Both the position numbers and the translations under genes were made by a program. Of a stretch of DNA of 64,000 nucleotides, positions 8,240-21,674 are shown in pieces; position 1 is the first letter of the stretch; each line of letters opens with the position of its first letter. The DNA is from Methanobacteriota archaeon (GTDB taxonomy: Archaea; Thermoplasmatota; E2; DHVEG-1), in assembly GCA_963769885.1 (NCBI GenBank), contig CAVYNH010000004.1, positions 192,001 through 256,000 of the forward strand. The letters are read 5' to 3'. The notes beneath the pieces are model-generated. The model saw nothing but the letters and a program-made list of their open reading frames with translations, had not been told where the DNA came from and did no database searches.

Positions 8240-9262
8240 GTGAGAACCATCGAAACCAAAACCATCGGAGTACTCTCCAGCGGCGGCGACGCCCCCGGCA
8301 TGAACGCCGCCCTCCGCGCCATCGTCAGAACCGCACTCAACTACGGCCACACCCTCTACGGCATCAGACGCGGCTACGAAGGCCTCATCAACGACAACCT
8401 CGAACCCCTCACCCACTACTCCGTCAGCAACATCATCAAAAACGGCGGCACCATCATCCAAACCGCCCGCAGCCCCGAATTCCTCACCCCACAAGGACGA
8501 CAAAAAGCCTACGACACCATTAAAAAACACGGCATCACCAGCCTCATCGTCATCGGCGGCGACGGCAGTTTCCACGGACTCCACGAACTCATCCTCGAAC
8601 ACGGCATCCAAGGAATCGGCGTCCCCGGCACCATCGACAACAACCTCTATGGCACCGACTACACCATCGGCTTCGACACCGCAGTCAACACCGCCCTCGA
8701 CGCCATCGACAAAATCCGCGACACCGCCACCAGCCATAGCAGGCTCTTCATCATCGAAGTCATGGGGCACACCTCCGGTTACATCGCCCTCTACACCGGC
8801 GTCGGCGGCGGTGCTGAGGAAATCGTCCTCCCCGAATCCCCCGTTGACCTCAGCAAAATCTGGGCACGCCTCAACATGGGACGCGCCCACGGCAAAAAAA
8901 GCAGCATCGTCGTCGTCGCCGAGGGAGAACGCACCGGCGGCGCCGCAGCCGTCAAAGCCCACATCGAAAAATACAGCGACTGGGAAGTCAAAGTCAGCAT
9001 CCTGGGCCACATCCAACGCGGCGGCGACCCCACCGCCTTCGACCGCCTCCTCGCCAGCAGACTCGGCTACGAGGCAGTCTACGCCATCATGCGCAACGAG
9101 ACCGACAAAATGGTCGGCATCATCGATAAAACCGTCACTCTCACCCCACTGGCCGATACCTGGACGAAGAAAAAAGAACTCGACCTCTCCTACCTCTCCA
9201 TGAATGACATGCTTTCTTCGTACCATGAACCGCTTCAACAGACGAGCCGAATCATGATATAG
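8240..9262 (+). CDS. pfkA: ATP-dependent 6-phosphofructokinase (bacterial PfkA family)
   Basis: SGGDAPGMNAA, IGGDGS, PGTIDN, TIGFDTA, EVMG, LGHIQRGG. Confidence 0.95.
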   Translation: MRTIETKTIGVLSSGGDAPGMNAALRAIVRTALNYGHTLYGIRRGYEGLINDNLEPLTHYSVSNIIKNGGTIIQTARSPEFLTPQGRQKAYDTIKKHGITSLIVIGGDGSFHGLHELILEHGIQGIGVPGTIDNNLYGTDYTIGFDTAVNTALDAIDKIRDTATSHSRLFIIEVMGHTSGYIALYTGVGGGAEEIVLPESPVDLSKIWARLNMGRAHGKKSSIVVVAEGERTGGAAAVKAHIEKYSDWEVKVSILGHIQRGGDPTAFDRLLASRLGYEAVYAIMRNETDKMVGIIDKTVTLTPLADTWTKKKELDLSYLSMNDMLSSYHEPLQQTSRIMI

Positions 9263-9413
9263 GCGAGCAGGCGCGGGCACCCATGGCGGACCAAGTGAAC
9301 ATAGAGGGCGTCCCGATACAGCTTCTCAACCAGTTTCTTTGCCATAAGAAGCACAGTGCCCCCAGGACTATAAATATCCTCGAAATACGTTCGGCCACAA
9401 CCAAACAAACCCA

Positions 9414-10169
9414 TCAGAAACGCTGGACGATCCTCTGTTCGAGATTCGAGAGTAACGTCTCCGTATCAGGGAGCTCCTCAAACGAAAAAGGATAGCGGAC
9501 CTCGACAAGCACCAGCGGTTCCGCAGGCGCCAAGCCAAAATCCACGCGCGCGTCCGGTCTTTCGAACGCCATTCGGATATCAGACTCCGTCAACTTCCCA
9601 AACCCAATACGGATCAATGCGGCCACGATCCGTCGGACCTGATGCCATAAAAACGTCTGCGCACAGAATTCCAATATCAGGAACTGCCCCGACGGGACGA
9701 TTGAGAGGTGATCAAGCCGCCGAATGGGGTCCTTGCCTTTCTCCAGCTTCGCGAAATTCCGGAAATCATGCACCCCCAGGAACAGGGGGGCCGCATGCTC
9801 AATCGCCGCACAATCCAGACCCTGAGTCCGGAGATAGTACCGATACCGTCGTACTTCAGCATACCGGGGATAAAACGACTCCTCTACCTCGCGGGCACCG
9901 TAGACAATGATCTCTGTTCCAGGACCAGGCATGTGCGCCCGCAGCTGCTTGACGGTCATTGGAGTGGAGAACGCCACGACGTTGCCGAGCGCTGAGACGC
10001 CGCGGTCGGTTCTGCTCCCGGAGCGATACCGCGCCGCCTCCAGACTTTGGATGGCGCCCCACTCCTGGAGCATGGATACAAGGTCGCCTTCGACTGTGCG
10101 ACGCCCAGGCTGCCTGGCGAATCCTGAGAAGTCCCGGCCATCATATGCGAACTTCACAGCCACCCGCAT
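9414..10169 (-). CDS. truA: tRNA pseudouridine(38-40) synthase
   Basis: YDGRDFSGF, SRTDRGVSA, G.HDFRNF, FLWHQVRRIV. Confidence 0.93.
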   Translation of the reverse strand: MRVAVKFAYDGRDFSGFARQPGRRTVEGDLVSMLQEWGAIQSLEAARYRSGSRTDRGVSALGNVVAFSTPMTVKQLRAHMPGPGTEIIVYGAREVEESFYPRYAEVRRYRYYLRTQGLDCAAIEHAAPLFLGVHDFRNFAKLEKGKDPIRRLDHLSIVPSGQFLILEFCAQTFLWHQVRRIVAALIRIGFGKLTESDIRMAFERPDARVDFGLAPAEPLVLVEVRYPFSFEELPDTETLLSNLEQRIVQRF

Positions 10170-10171
10170 AG

Positions 10172-11203
10172 TTAGTCTTTCTCAGGAAGCAGATAATCAA
10201 GGTCGTTGATGCGGATGACCGCGGTTTTTTCCTTGGAAAACGTGTGCTTTTTCGGCTTGGGGATCGTCGTGATCTTATATGAGTCCGGATCCATGAGCTG
10301 GACCTCGGTCGGCGTCTGGCTGACCACAATCATCTCTTTTCTCCGGATGGAATCGGTAATCGGCGTCGCCTGCTGCAGAGTCTTGGCGTCGACGGTTTCA
10401 TCCACCCAGGTGGCGAGGTTCTGTAGCTTGGCTTTTGTCCCGTGGATGCTGCGGACCCGCATGGGTTTGCGCTGGTAGAGGAGGAAGTCCCCAGGTTGGT
10501 ACCGGGGGAGGCGAACCAAGTAGGTGATCCGGTAGAGCTGTCTGCTGTCCTTCATGCCGACGTTGGAGGCGGATTGCTTGAACTCGCCGCCGTACTGGTC
10601 TTGGAGTCGGCGGGCGATGGTCTGGGCGACGGCCTTGTCGCTGAGGAAGAAGTCGAGGCCTTCGCGTTTGATTTCGTAGTCGGTGATGTAGACGTTGCGT
10701 TTGCCTTTTTGGGCGTTGCCGACCTGGGTGGCGACTTGGGCCTCGAGGCGTTCGAGTTCCTCAGGGGTGAAGGTGCGTTGGTCCGCGCGGATCTGCAGGA
10801 TGGCTTCGTAGTAGCCGCCGGCCTCTCGGCTGCAGACGTCGCAGGTGATTTTTTTGAGGCGGACGGTGAGCGGGTGCTGCTCGTGGACGGTCTTGCCGCC
10901 GACGGTCCCGGAGACGGTGATGAGGCAGGAGAGCATGCGGTCCTGTTCCTTGCAGTCGGCCTGGAACGCGGGGTTGTGCAGTTCCGGGGCGACGGTGAAG
11001 GCGCCTTTGAGGTGCCGTTGGAGGGCCTCTTCGAAGGTCTCCTGGATCCAGGTATTCTTGTATTTGTAGGCGTCGCAGCGGGGACAGGTGGTGATGTCCA
11101 GGATGGCGGGTCCTTTTGAGAACCTGGTTGTCTTAAGGTAGCAGGCGAGGCAGACGCCGTTTTTGTAGAGCGGGCCTTCGGTGCCGCATTCGACGCAAAA
11201 CAT
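10172..11203 (-). CDS. NMD3 family ribosome biogenesis protein
   Basis: MFCVECG, four CxxC pairs, GGYYEAILQIR, YRITYLVRLP. Confidence 0.9.
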   Translation of the reverse strand: MFCVECGTEGPLYKNGVCLACYLKTTRFSKGPAILDITTCPRCDAYKYKNTWIQETFEEALQRHLKGAFTVAPELHNPAFQADCKEQDRMLSCLITVSGTVGGKTVHEQHPLTVRLKKITCDVCSREAGGYYEAILQIRADQRTFTPEELERLEAQVATQVGNAQKGKRNVYITDYEIKREGLDFFLSDKAVAQTIARRLQDQYGGEFKQSASNVGMKDSRQLYRITYLVRLPRYQPGDFLLYQRKPMRVRSIHGTKAKLQNLATWVDETVDAKTLQQATPITDSIRRKEMIVVSQTPTEVQLMDPDSYKITTIPKPKKHTFSKEKTAVIRINDLDYLLPEKD

Positions 11204-11220
11204 ACTCTTTCCTAGCTGAT

Positions 11221-12099
11221 TCAATGCCGCTGGGTGAGGTATACGCCGTAGATTATTAAGCCTGCGCCGAGGAAAAACACGGGAGTCATGTGTTCTCCGA
11301 GGGGGATGGCGATGAGGAGGGTGAACAGGGGGATGAAGGTGAGGTACACGCCCGCCTGGCTGGCGTCCATGTGGGCTAGGGCGTAGTTCCAGGCGAGATA
11401 GGCAACGATGGTGCTGCCGACGGCGAGGTAGAGGATCGCGCTCCAGCCGAGCAGCGAGGTCTGCTGGAGGCTGGGGATGAGGCTGCCGGCGACGATGGGC
11501 AGGTAGAAAAGGGTGCCGAGGGCGAAGCTGTAGGTGGTCACGGTGATCATGTCGTAGGTCTGGAAGAGACGCTTACTAATGATAGAGAAGATGCCCCAGC
11601 ACAGCGAGGAGAGGATGACGAGGCCTGCGCCCAACAGGAAGAGGCTATTGACCGTGACGGTGGCGAAGTCGAGGTTCGAGAGGATGACGATGACGACGCC
11701 GGCGAAGGACAACAGGATGCCCAGGATTCGGAGACGCGCCGCGGCCTCTCTGAGGAAGAGGATCGAGAAGAGGGCGATGAACAGGACGTCGGTCTCGGTG
11801 AGGACGGAGGAGATGGAGGCGTTGGTGTACGCGATCCCGACGTACTGGAAGACGTACAGGAAGGTGACGCCGGTGAGGCCGAGGACCGCCAGCCAGACCC
11901 ATTCCTTGCGCGGGATCCGCGGATTGGACCGTCTGACGAAGAAAATCAGCAACATCAGAGGCGTCGCGACAAGGAATCGCGCAGCGCCCAGGACCACCGG
12001 ATCCATCTCCGCGACCGCGAACCTCACGACCACAAACGAGCCACCCCAGACGAGGGCGGCGAGCAGGAGGAGGCTAGAGAGGAGTGCCTTGCCGGGCAT
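11221..12099 (-). CDS. DMT/EamA family transporter
   Basis: ~10 TM helices, WGGSF..RF, duplicated EamA halves. Confidence 0.9.
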   Translation of the reverse strand: MPGKALLSSLLLLAALVWGGSFVVVRFAVAEMDPVVLGAARFLVATPLMLLIFFVRRSNPRIPRKEWVWLAVLGLTGVTFLYVFQYVGIAYTNASISSVLTETDVLFIALFSILFLREAAARLRILGILLSFAGVVIVILSNLDFATVTVNSLFLLGAGLVILSSLCWGIFSIISKRLFQTYDMITVTTYSFALGTLFYLPIVAGSLIPSLQQTSLLGWSAILYLAVGSTIVAYLAWNYALAHMDASQAGVYLTFIPLFTLLIAIPLGEHMTPVFFLGAGLIIYGVYLTQRH

Positions 12100-12252
12100 A
12101 GCGCTTCTTCGAGCCTGGACAACATCGCAGGCTTATATTAACCAGCCGAGAAAAACCCGTTTGGGTACCGCGTGTACAGAAACTGGGCGAGGGGTGTACA
12201 ACAACACCCTTTAAACAAAACGGAGAAAACAGGGGGTGAGGTGTGATGAGAC

Positions 12253-12372
12253 ATGATGATTGTCGGCCAGGTGGCAAGCAAGACGGAAGCCCTTGAGATT
12301 GAAGACATCGCGAAGTCCTTTGTCGTCGCGAACCGCGCCCGGACCCTCGCCCAGAAACTCCATGAGGCGTAA
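12253..12372 (+). CDS. Putative small protein, 39 aa (MMIVGQVASKTEALEIEDIAKSFVVANRARTLAQKLHEA)
   Basis: GAGGTG RBS at 12238-12243; TTTAAA box near 12210; host-like codon usage. Confidence 0.5.
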   Translation: MMIVGQVASKTEALEIEDIAKSFVVANRARTLAQKLHEA

Positions 12373-12376
12373 GACC

Positions 12377-12481
12377 ATGACCGCAGCCACGCAGAAAAAG
12401 AAGAAGAACGTCCCGACGGACATCCCCATCGTCTGGGTCAATATCGTGGAGACTCCGGGCCCGTCCGACGCCTTCCTATAG
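12377..12481 (+). CDS. Putative small protein, 34 aa (MTAATQKKKKNVPTDIPIVWVNIVETPGPSDAFL)
   Basis: Starts 4 nt after the previous stop; host-like codon usage. Confidence 0.4.
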   Translation: MTAATQKKKKNVPTDIPIVWVNIVETPGPSDAFL

Positions 12482-15247
12482 CTGCTCGACACGAACCGGG
12501 TTTTTAGGGTTTAGCTTTTTTTTTTCGCCACTGGGTTCCTCGACTTTGTGGCCGCTCTCCAGGATGCCCTTGGCGAACTCCGCGTACATGTCGTACTCGA
12601 TCTTGTACTCACCGGGGTCCCCCTCGGAGAACTTGAAGTTCTTTTCCCGGCACAAGGCGATCATCGGGTAGTTGTCCTTGAGGACGACGCCGTAGATCTT
12701 CCGGATGCCCTTGTCCCGGGCAATCGCGAACGTGTAGTCGATGAACTCGGAGCCCAGCCCGAGCCGCTGGTACTTGTCAGAGACCACGAGCGCGAACTCC
12801 GCCTCCTCAGGCTTCACCGGATCAGAGATCAACCGCGTCACGCCCAGGAACCGACGGGTGCCGTCCTCGGTGACCTCACCGACGATGGCTATCTCCCGGT
12901 CGTAGTCGATGTTGCAGTACCGCGTCCTGACCTCATGCGGCGTGTCCTTGATGATCCGGAAGAACCGGAACCGCACCGTCTCCTCCGAAAAGCTCTTGAA
13001 CATGTCCAGCCACAGCAGTTCATCCTCAGGCTTGATCGGCCGCAACAAGACAGCCTTACCGTCCTTCAGAGTCACCGTCTTCATGTACTTTGTCGGATAC
13101 GGGCTGATGATCAGATGCGGATGCTTCTCCGGCTCCGGGTCCAACACGATCCGCGCGTCGACCGCGGTCAGGTCGCTGCCCTCCGGGATCAGCGGGTTGA
13201 TGTCGACCTCCTTGATCTCCGGATGGTCGATGATCATCTGAGAGAACTTCACCATGGTCTCCTCCACCCGCCGCATGTCCACCGGCGGGATGCCACGGTA
13301 GCCTTTTAACAGCTCGTAGGCCTTGGTCTTCTCCATGATCCGCTGCGCCAATACCTGATTTAGTGGCGGGAAGCCAATCGCCCGGTCCTTGAACAACTCG
13401 GTATAAATGCCGCCCAGCCCGAACAAGATCACCGACCCGAAGATCGAGTCCTTCTTCGACCCCAGGATTAACTCGTACGTATGGTTCTTCACCTGCCGTT
13501 GAATCGTCACCCCAAGAATCGTTGCGTCCGGCACTTTCTGCTTCGCCGTCGCCGTCATCTGCTGGAACGCGGCCTTCACCTCAGCCGCCGAATGCAAATC
13601 AAGGACGACGCCGCCGACATCCGTTTTATGCGTGATCTGCGGCGACAGAATCTTCATGACAACCGGGTACCCAATCTTGTCCGCAGCCGCCGCGGCCTTC
13701 TCCGCGGTCTCCGCGATACTCGGCTTCGTCGTCGGAATCCCATACAACTCCAGGAATGTCTTCGCCTCACTCTCATTGAGGATCATCCGCTGCTCCTTTT
13801 TCGCGGTCCGGATAATCCGCTGCAGGATCTCCTTATGCGCCGCCGTCCGGATGTTGAGCTCCTCCGGCGTCTCATAGAGCTGCGACAGATGCCGCTCATA
13901 GTGATACAGATACATGTACGCCTCTACCGCCTCCTCCGGGCTGGGATAGGAGGGCACGTTGTTGCGGTTCAACGTCTCCCGGGCATGATACACGCTGGCC
14001 TCCCCAATCAACGTCGTCAGGATCGGCTTCGTCGTACGCCGCGAGATATCAATCAACCGCTCCGCCAGCTTATTCGGATCCGCCATCACCTGCGGCACAC
14101 AGATGACCAGCAGCCCATCGATGCCCTTATCCTCCAGGCAGATGTCGATGGCCTTCTGATACCGCTCATCGTCGCCATCCCCGATGATATCCACCGGGTT
14201 CCCATGGCTCCAATGCAGCGGCAGCACCTTGTTCAGCTTCTCCAGCGTCTCCGGCGCCAATGCAGCGAGTTTCCCGCCATGCTCCACGATTGAATCCGTG
14301 GCCAATACACCAGGGCCACCAGCGTTAGTGACAACCGCGATGTTTGGGCCCATCGGACGCGTCTGCTTCGCCAGAATCGCGGCACAGTCAAACAAATCCA
14401 TGATGTTCTTCACACGGACGACACCGCTGCGCCGGAAGGCGGCCTCATAGATGGCATCCTCACCGGCGAGCGCCCCCGTATGGGACGCCGCGGCCTTCGC
14501 ACCCTCCTTGAACCGACCAGACTTGATCACAATAATCGGCTTCGCCCGCGCAAACGCCTTCGTCGAACTCATGAACTTCCGGGCATCTGTAATCGACTCC
14601 ACATACAACACAATGCTCCTCGTATGGATATCCATCCCGAAGTAGTCGATGAGGTCGCCAAAATCCACATCCAGCATCGAGCCCACCGAGACAAACGAGC
14701 TGAACCCGACATTCGCAGCCGCTGCCCAGTCCAGGATCGCACCGCATATCGCACCGCTCTGCGACAACAGTGCAATTGAACCCTGCAGCGGCATTGAACC
14801 CGCGAAGGTCGCGTTCAAATTCAGAAACGGCATGATGAAACCGACACAGTTCGGCCCAAGGATACGCAGATTGTACTTCTTCTTCAGTTCCAGGATCTGC
14901 TGCTCCCGGGCGACGCCCTCGGGACCGATCTCCTTGAACCCTGCAGAAATAATCAAGATCCCCTGAATCCCCCGCTTCCCGCACTGCTCCACCACGTCGG
15001 CGACGATGGCGGAATGGGTCGCGATGATCGCGAGGTCCACGACCTTGGGGACATCGTTAATCGATGGGTACGCCTGAACACCCTGGACGCTCTCATGCTT
15101 CGGGTTCACCGGGTACACGACCCCGATATAACCGGAGCCTATGAGATTGCGGAAGATGCGGTACCCAGCGGTACCAGGAGTCTCGCTTGCGCCAATGACG
15201 GCGATACTCTTGGGCTTGAAGATCCTATCTAACGTCAATCCATCCAT
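12476..15247 (-). CDS. ADP-forming acyl-CoA synthetase (alpha+beta) fused to C-terminal GNAT (Pat/PatZ architecture)
   Basis: IAVIGAS, GPNCVG, SQSGA, SHTGALAG, ATP-grasp HKTDVGGV and DINPL; GNAT RPIKPED..IDYDREIA..YQRLGLG. Confidence 0.92.
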   Translation of the reverse strand: MDGLTLDRIFKPKSIAVIGASETPGTAGYRIFRNLIGSGYIGVVYPVNPKHESVQGVQAYPSINDVPKVVDLAIIATHSAIVADVVEQCGKRGIQGILIISAGFKEIGPEGVAREQQILELKKKYNLRILGPNCVGFIMPFLNLNATFAGSMPLQGSIALLSQSGAICGAILDWAAAANVGFSSFVSVGSMLDVDFGDLIDYFGMDIHTRSIVLYVESITDARKFMSSTKAFARAKPIIVIKSGRFKEGAKAAASHTGALAGEDAIYEAAFRRSGVVRVKNIMDLFDCAAILAKQTRPMGPNIAVVTNAGGPGVLATDSIVEHGGKLAALAPETLEKLNKVLPLHWSHGNPVDIIGDGDDERYQKAIDICLEDKGIDGLLVICVPQVMADPNKLAERLIDISRRTTKPILTTLIGEASVYHARETLNRNNVPSYPSPEEAVEAYMYLYHYERHLSQLYETPEELNIRTAAHKEILQRIIRTAKKEQRMILNESEAKTFLELYGIPTTKPSIAETAEKAAAAADKIGYPVVMKILSPQITHKTDVGGVVLDLHSAAEVKAAFQQMTATAKQKVPDATILGVTIQRQVKNHTYELILGSKKDSIFGSVILFGLGGIYTELFKDRAIGFPPLNQVLAQRIMEKTKAYELLKGYRGIPPVDMRRVEETMVKFSQMIIDHPEIKEVDINPLIPEGSDLTAVDARIVLDPEPEKHPHLIISPYPTKYMKTVTLKDGKAVLLRPIKPEDELLWLDMFKSFSEETVRFRFFRIIKDTPHEVRTRYCNIDYDREIAIVGEVTEDGTRRFLGVTRLISDPVKPEEAEFALVVSDKYQRLGLGSEFIDYTFAIARDKGIRKIYGVVLKDNYPMIALCREKNFKFSEGDPGEYKIEYDMYAEFAKGILESGHKVEEPSGEKKKLNPKNPVRVEQL

Positions 15248-15379
15248 CCAACTTCCCTCCTGTTCGTTGGATATAAATTATACTTGCAGAGGTACGCAGC
15301 CCTGAGAATGCCATTCACTATTTAATAGTATCGAACCAGTTCATCAGATTCAAGTAAAAGAAAGAGGGAGGGCAGGCGA

Positions 15380-18946
<3,567 letters not shown>

Positions 18947-19100
18947 TCAGAGAATTTGGAGAATCCTAGTGGTTCTCCCATCTTCCGTGTCTTATCTGGT
19001 ATGGGGTATTTTGGGACTGCTCATAAATATTTGGATACAGAGTGCATAAATATGCCAACTGAAGAAACTTGTCTTTCCCTTGCAAGTGTATCATGCTCGC

Positions 19101-19457
19101 TTAGAACATGAGGGAGTACATCTCTGCAGTGTTGATGATCTGTATTTTCCTCTGAAGCTTCAGTCTTTTATCATCTGGATCTATGTTTTTAACAAGTTCG
19201 TAAGCTTCTTCTCGATATTGTAATAAGACGTCGGATGGGACGATAAATACTTTTTGGAGAAGCAAGCCGAGGATCGTGTTGAATTGTTTTAGGGATAGTC
19301 CGGATTTTGCTAAAAGCTCTGTTTTGTGTTTTTCCAGTTCTTCAAAAATGTACGATGGAAAGAGGAAATAGCCTTCGCATTCCAAGATTATTTTTCTTGT
19401 GACTGAGTTCTTGATGAGTGCCGAGAAGAGGATGTTCGAGTCGAGAACGACCTTCAA
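19101..19457 (-). CDS. PIN-domain (VapC-like) toxin, apparently with an internal in-frame deletion
   Basis: VVLDSNILFSALI, EE, IDPDD directly followed by KRLKLQ; overlaps antitoxin stop. Confidence 0.8.
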   Translation of the reverse strand: MKVVLDSNILFSALIKNSVTRKIILECEGYFLFPSYIFEELEKHKTELLAKSGLSLKQFNTILGLLLQKVFIVPSDVLLQYREEAYELVKNIDPDDKRLKLQRKIQIINTAEMYSLMF

Positions 19458-19681
19458 CTGAGGAACCTCTTTGTCGCCGATGCCTTGATTTTCTTGTTGA
19501 ATTCCTTGACATCATCCTCAGAGAGCTTGCTTTTCTGTGCGAGTTTCTCCGCGAGTTGGAGCATTTCAAGACGTTCTACAATGGCTTTTCGTGCGACCTC
19601 GCTCCATCTGACTTCTGAAAAGTATTTCATTTGCTTGAAGACATCGTCTGGGATTGAGAGTGTGATGTTACTCATATACAT
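19454..19681 (-). CDS. RHH/CopG-type antitoxin
   Basis: NITLSIPDD...WSEVARKAI; 4-nt overlap with the PIN gene; start may be 19675. Confidence 0.82.
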   Translation of the reverse strand: MYMSNITLSIPDDVFKQMKYFSEVRWSEVARKAIVERLEMLQLAEKLAQKSKLSEDDVKEFNKKIKASATKRFLS

Positions 19682-19684
19682 GAT

Positions 19685-19706
19685 TATGTGATTTCACATA
19701 TATAAG
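19685..19706 (-). promoter_or_regulatory. TATA box with overlapping palindromic operator of the TA operon
   Basis: TATGTGA-TT-TCACATA at 19685-19700; CTTATATA (minus) at 19699-19706, ~25 nt before ATG. Confidence 0.65.
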
Positions 19707-19738
19707 TGTTTTCGATTTACGCAGATGACCATATAAAA

Positions 19739-20773
19739 TCAAAGTTCCCAGTAGTCGCTGAGGCGCCGTTTCAGGTCTGTGAGCATGGCGTCAACGGCGC
19801 TGGGGTCTGAGTCCCTGGTCTCCGGCTCGGTGATGACGTTTGTGTCTCCGAGGAGGCCGCTGACGATGTTGCCGTAGGCCTGGATGCAGCTGTCGCTGTT
19901 GTAGCCGCCGCCGAAGAGGACCGTGAGCCTGTTGCAGGTGTCTTTGGCAAGCTTCGCGACCTGCGCCCCGAGAATATGGTAGGTCTGCAGGGTGAGGCTG
20001 AGGTCGGCGAGCGGGTCTGCGTGATGCGTGTCGACGCCGGACTGGTAGATGATGACCTCGGGGGAGAACTGCATCGTGAGCGGGGGGATGATCTCATGGA
20101 AGGCTTTGAGGTAGTTGGGACCGGCGGTGCCGGGCGGGAGGGGGAGGTTGACGGTGTAGCCTTCACCGGGTCCGCGGCCGATGGCGTCGATGTCGCCGGT
20201 GCCGGGGTAGAGGGTGCGGCCATCCTGGTGCATGCTGATGTTCAGGACGGTGGGGTCCTCATAGAAAATATCTTGGGTGCCGTTGCCATGGTGGACGTCG
20301 AGGTCGATGATGAGGAAGCGTTTGAGGTGATGGGTGTGGCGGAGGTGTTCGATGGCGACGGCGATGTCGTTGAAGAAGCAGAAGCCTGATGAGCTGGAGC
20401 GGCAGGCGTGGTGGAAGCCGCCGAGGGGGTTGACGGTGAGGTGGTAGCCGTCGAAGAGTTTCTCGGCGGCGAGGATGCTGCCGCCGGTGGCGAGGCTGGC
20501 GATTTCGAAGATGCCTTTGGGGGCGGGGGTGTCCGTGGAGAGGTAGCCGCCGTGCTCGCTGAGGTACTGGACGTGCTTGAGGTACTCTGGGGTGTGGACG
20601 CGCAGGAGGTCGTCGTAGGTGGCTGGCGTTGGGGTGAGGACGTCGAAGTGAGAAAGGAGGCCGAGGCGGGCGAGGTGGTCGCGGGCGCTGCGGGGTTTGT
20701 CGCCGATGAGCGGGTGGTCAACACCGAGGTCGTATTTGTTGAAGTCGTCGTGGTAGATGAACGCGTTCTTCAT
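19739..20773 (-). CDS. Zn-dependent HDAC/AcuC family deacetylase
   Basis: GGFHHA, GFCFFND, DLDVHHGNGTQ, YPGTG, GVDTH..DPL, GGGY. Confidence 0.93.
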   Translation of the reverse strand: MKNAFIYHDDFNKYDLGVDHPLIGDKPRSARDHLARLGLLSHFDVLTPTPATYDDLLRVHTPEYLKHVQYLSEHGGYLSTDTPAPKGIFEIASLATGGSILAAEKLFDGYHLTVNPLGGFHHACRSSSSGFCFFNDIAVAIEHLRHTHHLKRFLIIDLDVHHGNGTQDIFYEDPTVLNISMHQDGRTLYPGTGDIDAIGRGPGEGYTVNLPLPPGTAGPNYLKAFHEIIPPLTMQFSPEVIIYQSGVDTHHADPLADLSLTLQTYHILGAQVAKLAKDTCNRLTVLFGGGYNSDSCIQAYGNIVSGLLGDTNVITEPETRDSDPSAVDAMLTDLKRRLSDYWEL

Positions 20774-20810
20774 CGCGTGCGGTGGATGGGTGGTCGGGCT
20801 AAAAATCTTC

Positions 20811-21218
20811 CTATAGAGGTGTCTCGGCTGGTCGTTTGTGGAAGAGGGTTTTTTGTTTGATGAAGTACCAGAGCATGATAAGGGGGAGGACGAGGAGTGC
20901 GAGTCTGAGCAGGATGTAGGGGGTGATGTAGCCGTAGTAGAGGTCGGAGACCATGGTAAATGCGTAGAGGATGGCGTAGAGGAAGGCGAGGATGGAGAAG
21001 GTCATGACGGTGAGGCGCGCCCAGTTCTGGAGTCGGAGGAGGCCCCAGCCGGCGAGGACGAGGAGGATGCCCATGAGAAGGAAGATGGTACTATAGACTG
21101 AGCTTGATTCTGAGGTGGCGTAGACGAGGAGGAGGTCGGTGCCGATGAGGATCCAGAAGACGGCGCAGAGCAGCACGCCGATCGGCAGGAAAGGGTTCTG
21201 GTCCGATGCCATGGCCAT
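20811..21218 (-). CDS. Hypothetical 4-TM membrane protein
   Basis: Four hydrophobic segments; GWGLLRLQNWAR. Confidence 0.75.
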   Translation of the reverse strand: MAMASDQNPFLPIGVLLCAVFWILIGTDLLLVYATSESSSVYSTIFLLMGILLVLAGWGLLRLQNWARLTVMTFSILAFLYAILYAFTMVSDLYYGYITPYILLRLALLVLPLIMLWYFIKQKTLFHKRPAETPL

Positions 21219-21224
21219 ACGGGC

Positions 21225-21659
21225 TCATCCGCGGCGGCGCCGGAACGCGAGCACCGTGACGACAAGGACGAGGGCGCCGAGGGCGAAGACGGTCTCGAAT
21301 CCGGGGGTCCCCAGCGCCGTCGGTCGACTCTGATACGCGCTCTGGTTCCCGGTCATGTACGACGGGATATTCCATTCCAGGTACGACGACCCGGCGGTGT
21401 AGATGATGAGCATCACCAGCCCGAGGATCAAGATGAGCAGGCGGAGGGTCCGGTCGATCCCTTCGAGGCGGAGGCCCGCGACGATCAAGGTGCAGATCAG
21501 GCCGCCGACTGCGAGCAGTTTCACGGAGGCGGAGACGCGATACGGCACGAGATCCGTGGCGCTCCCGGGGAACACGGTGCTGATGATTCCTCCGACGAAC
21601 AGCAAGACGATTCCCGCGGACACTCCGAGCACTACCAGCCCTCTCACGACGTTCTTCAT
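21225..21659 (-). CDS. Membrane protein with C-terminal PGF-CTERM signal
   Basis: Three TM segments, then TPGFE, a TM helix and RRRRG. Confidence 0.8.
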   Translation of the reverse strand: MKNVVRGLVVLGVSAGIVLLFVGGIISTVFPGSATDLVPYRVSASVKLLAVGGLICTLIVAGLRLEGIDRTLRLLILILGLVMLIIYTAGSSYLEWNIPSYMTGNQSAYQSRPTALGTPGFETVFALGALVLVVTVLAFRRRRG

Positions 21660-21674
21660 GTGGTCTTATTCCTC

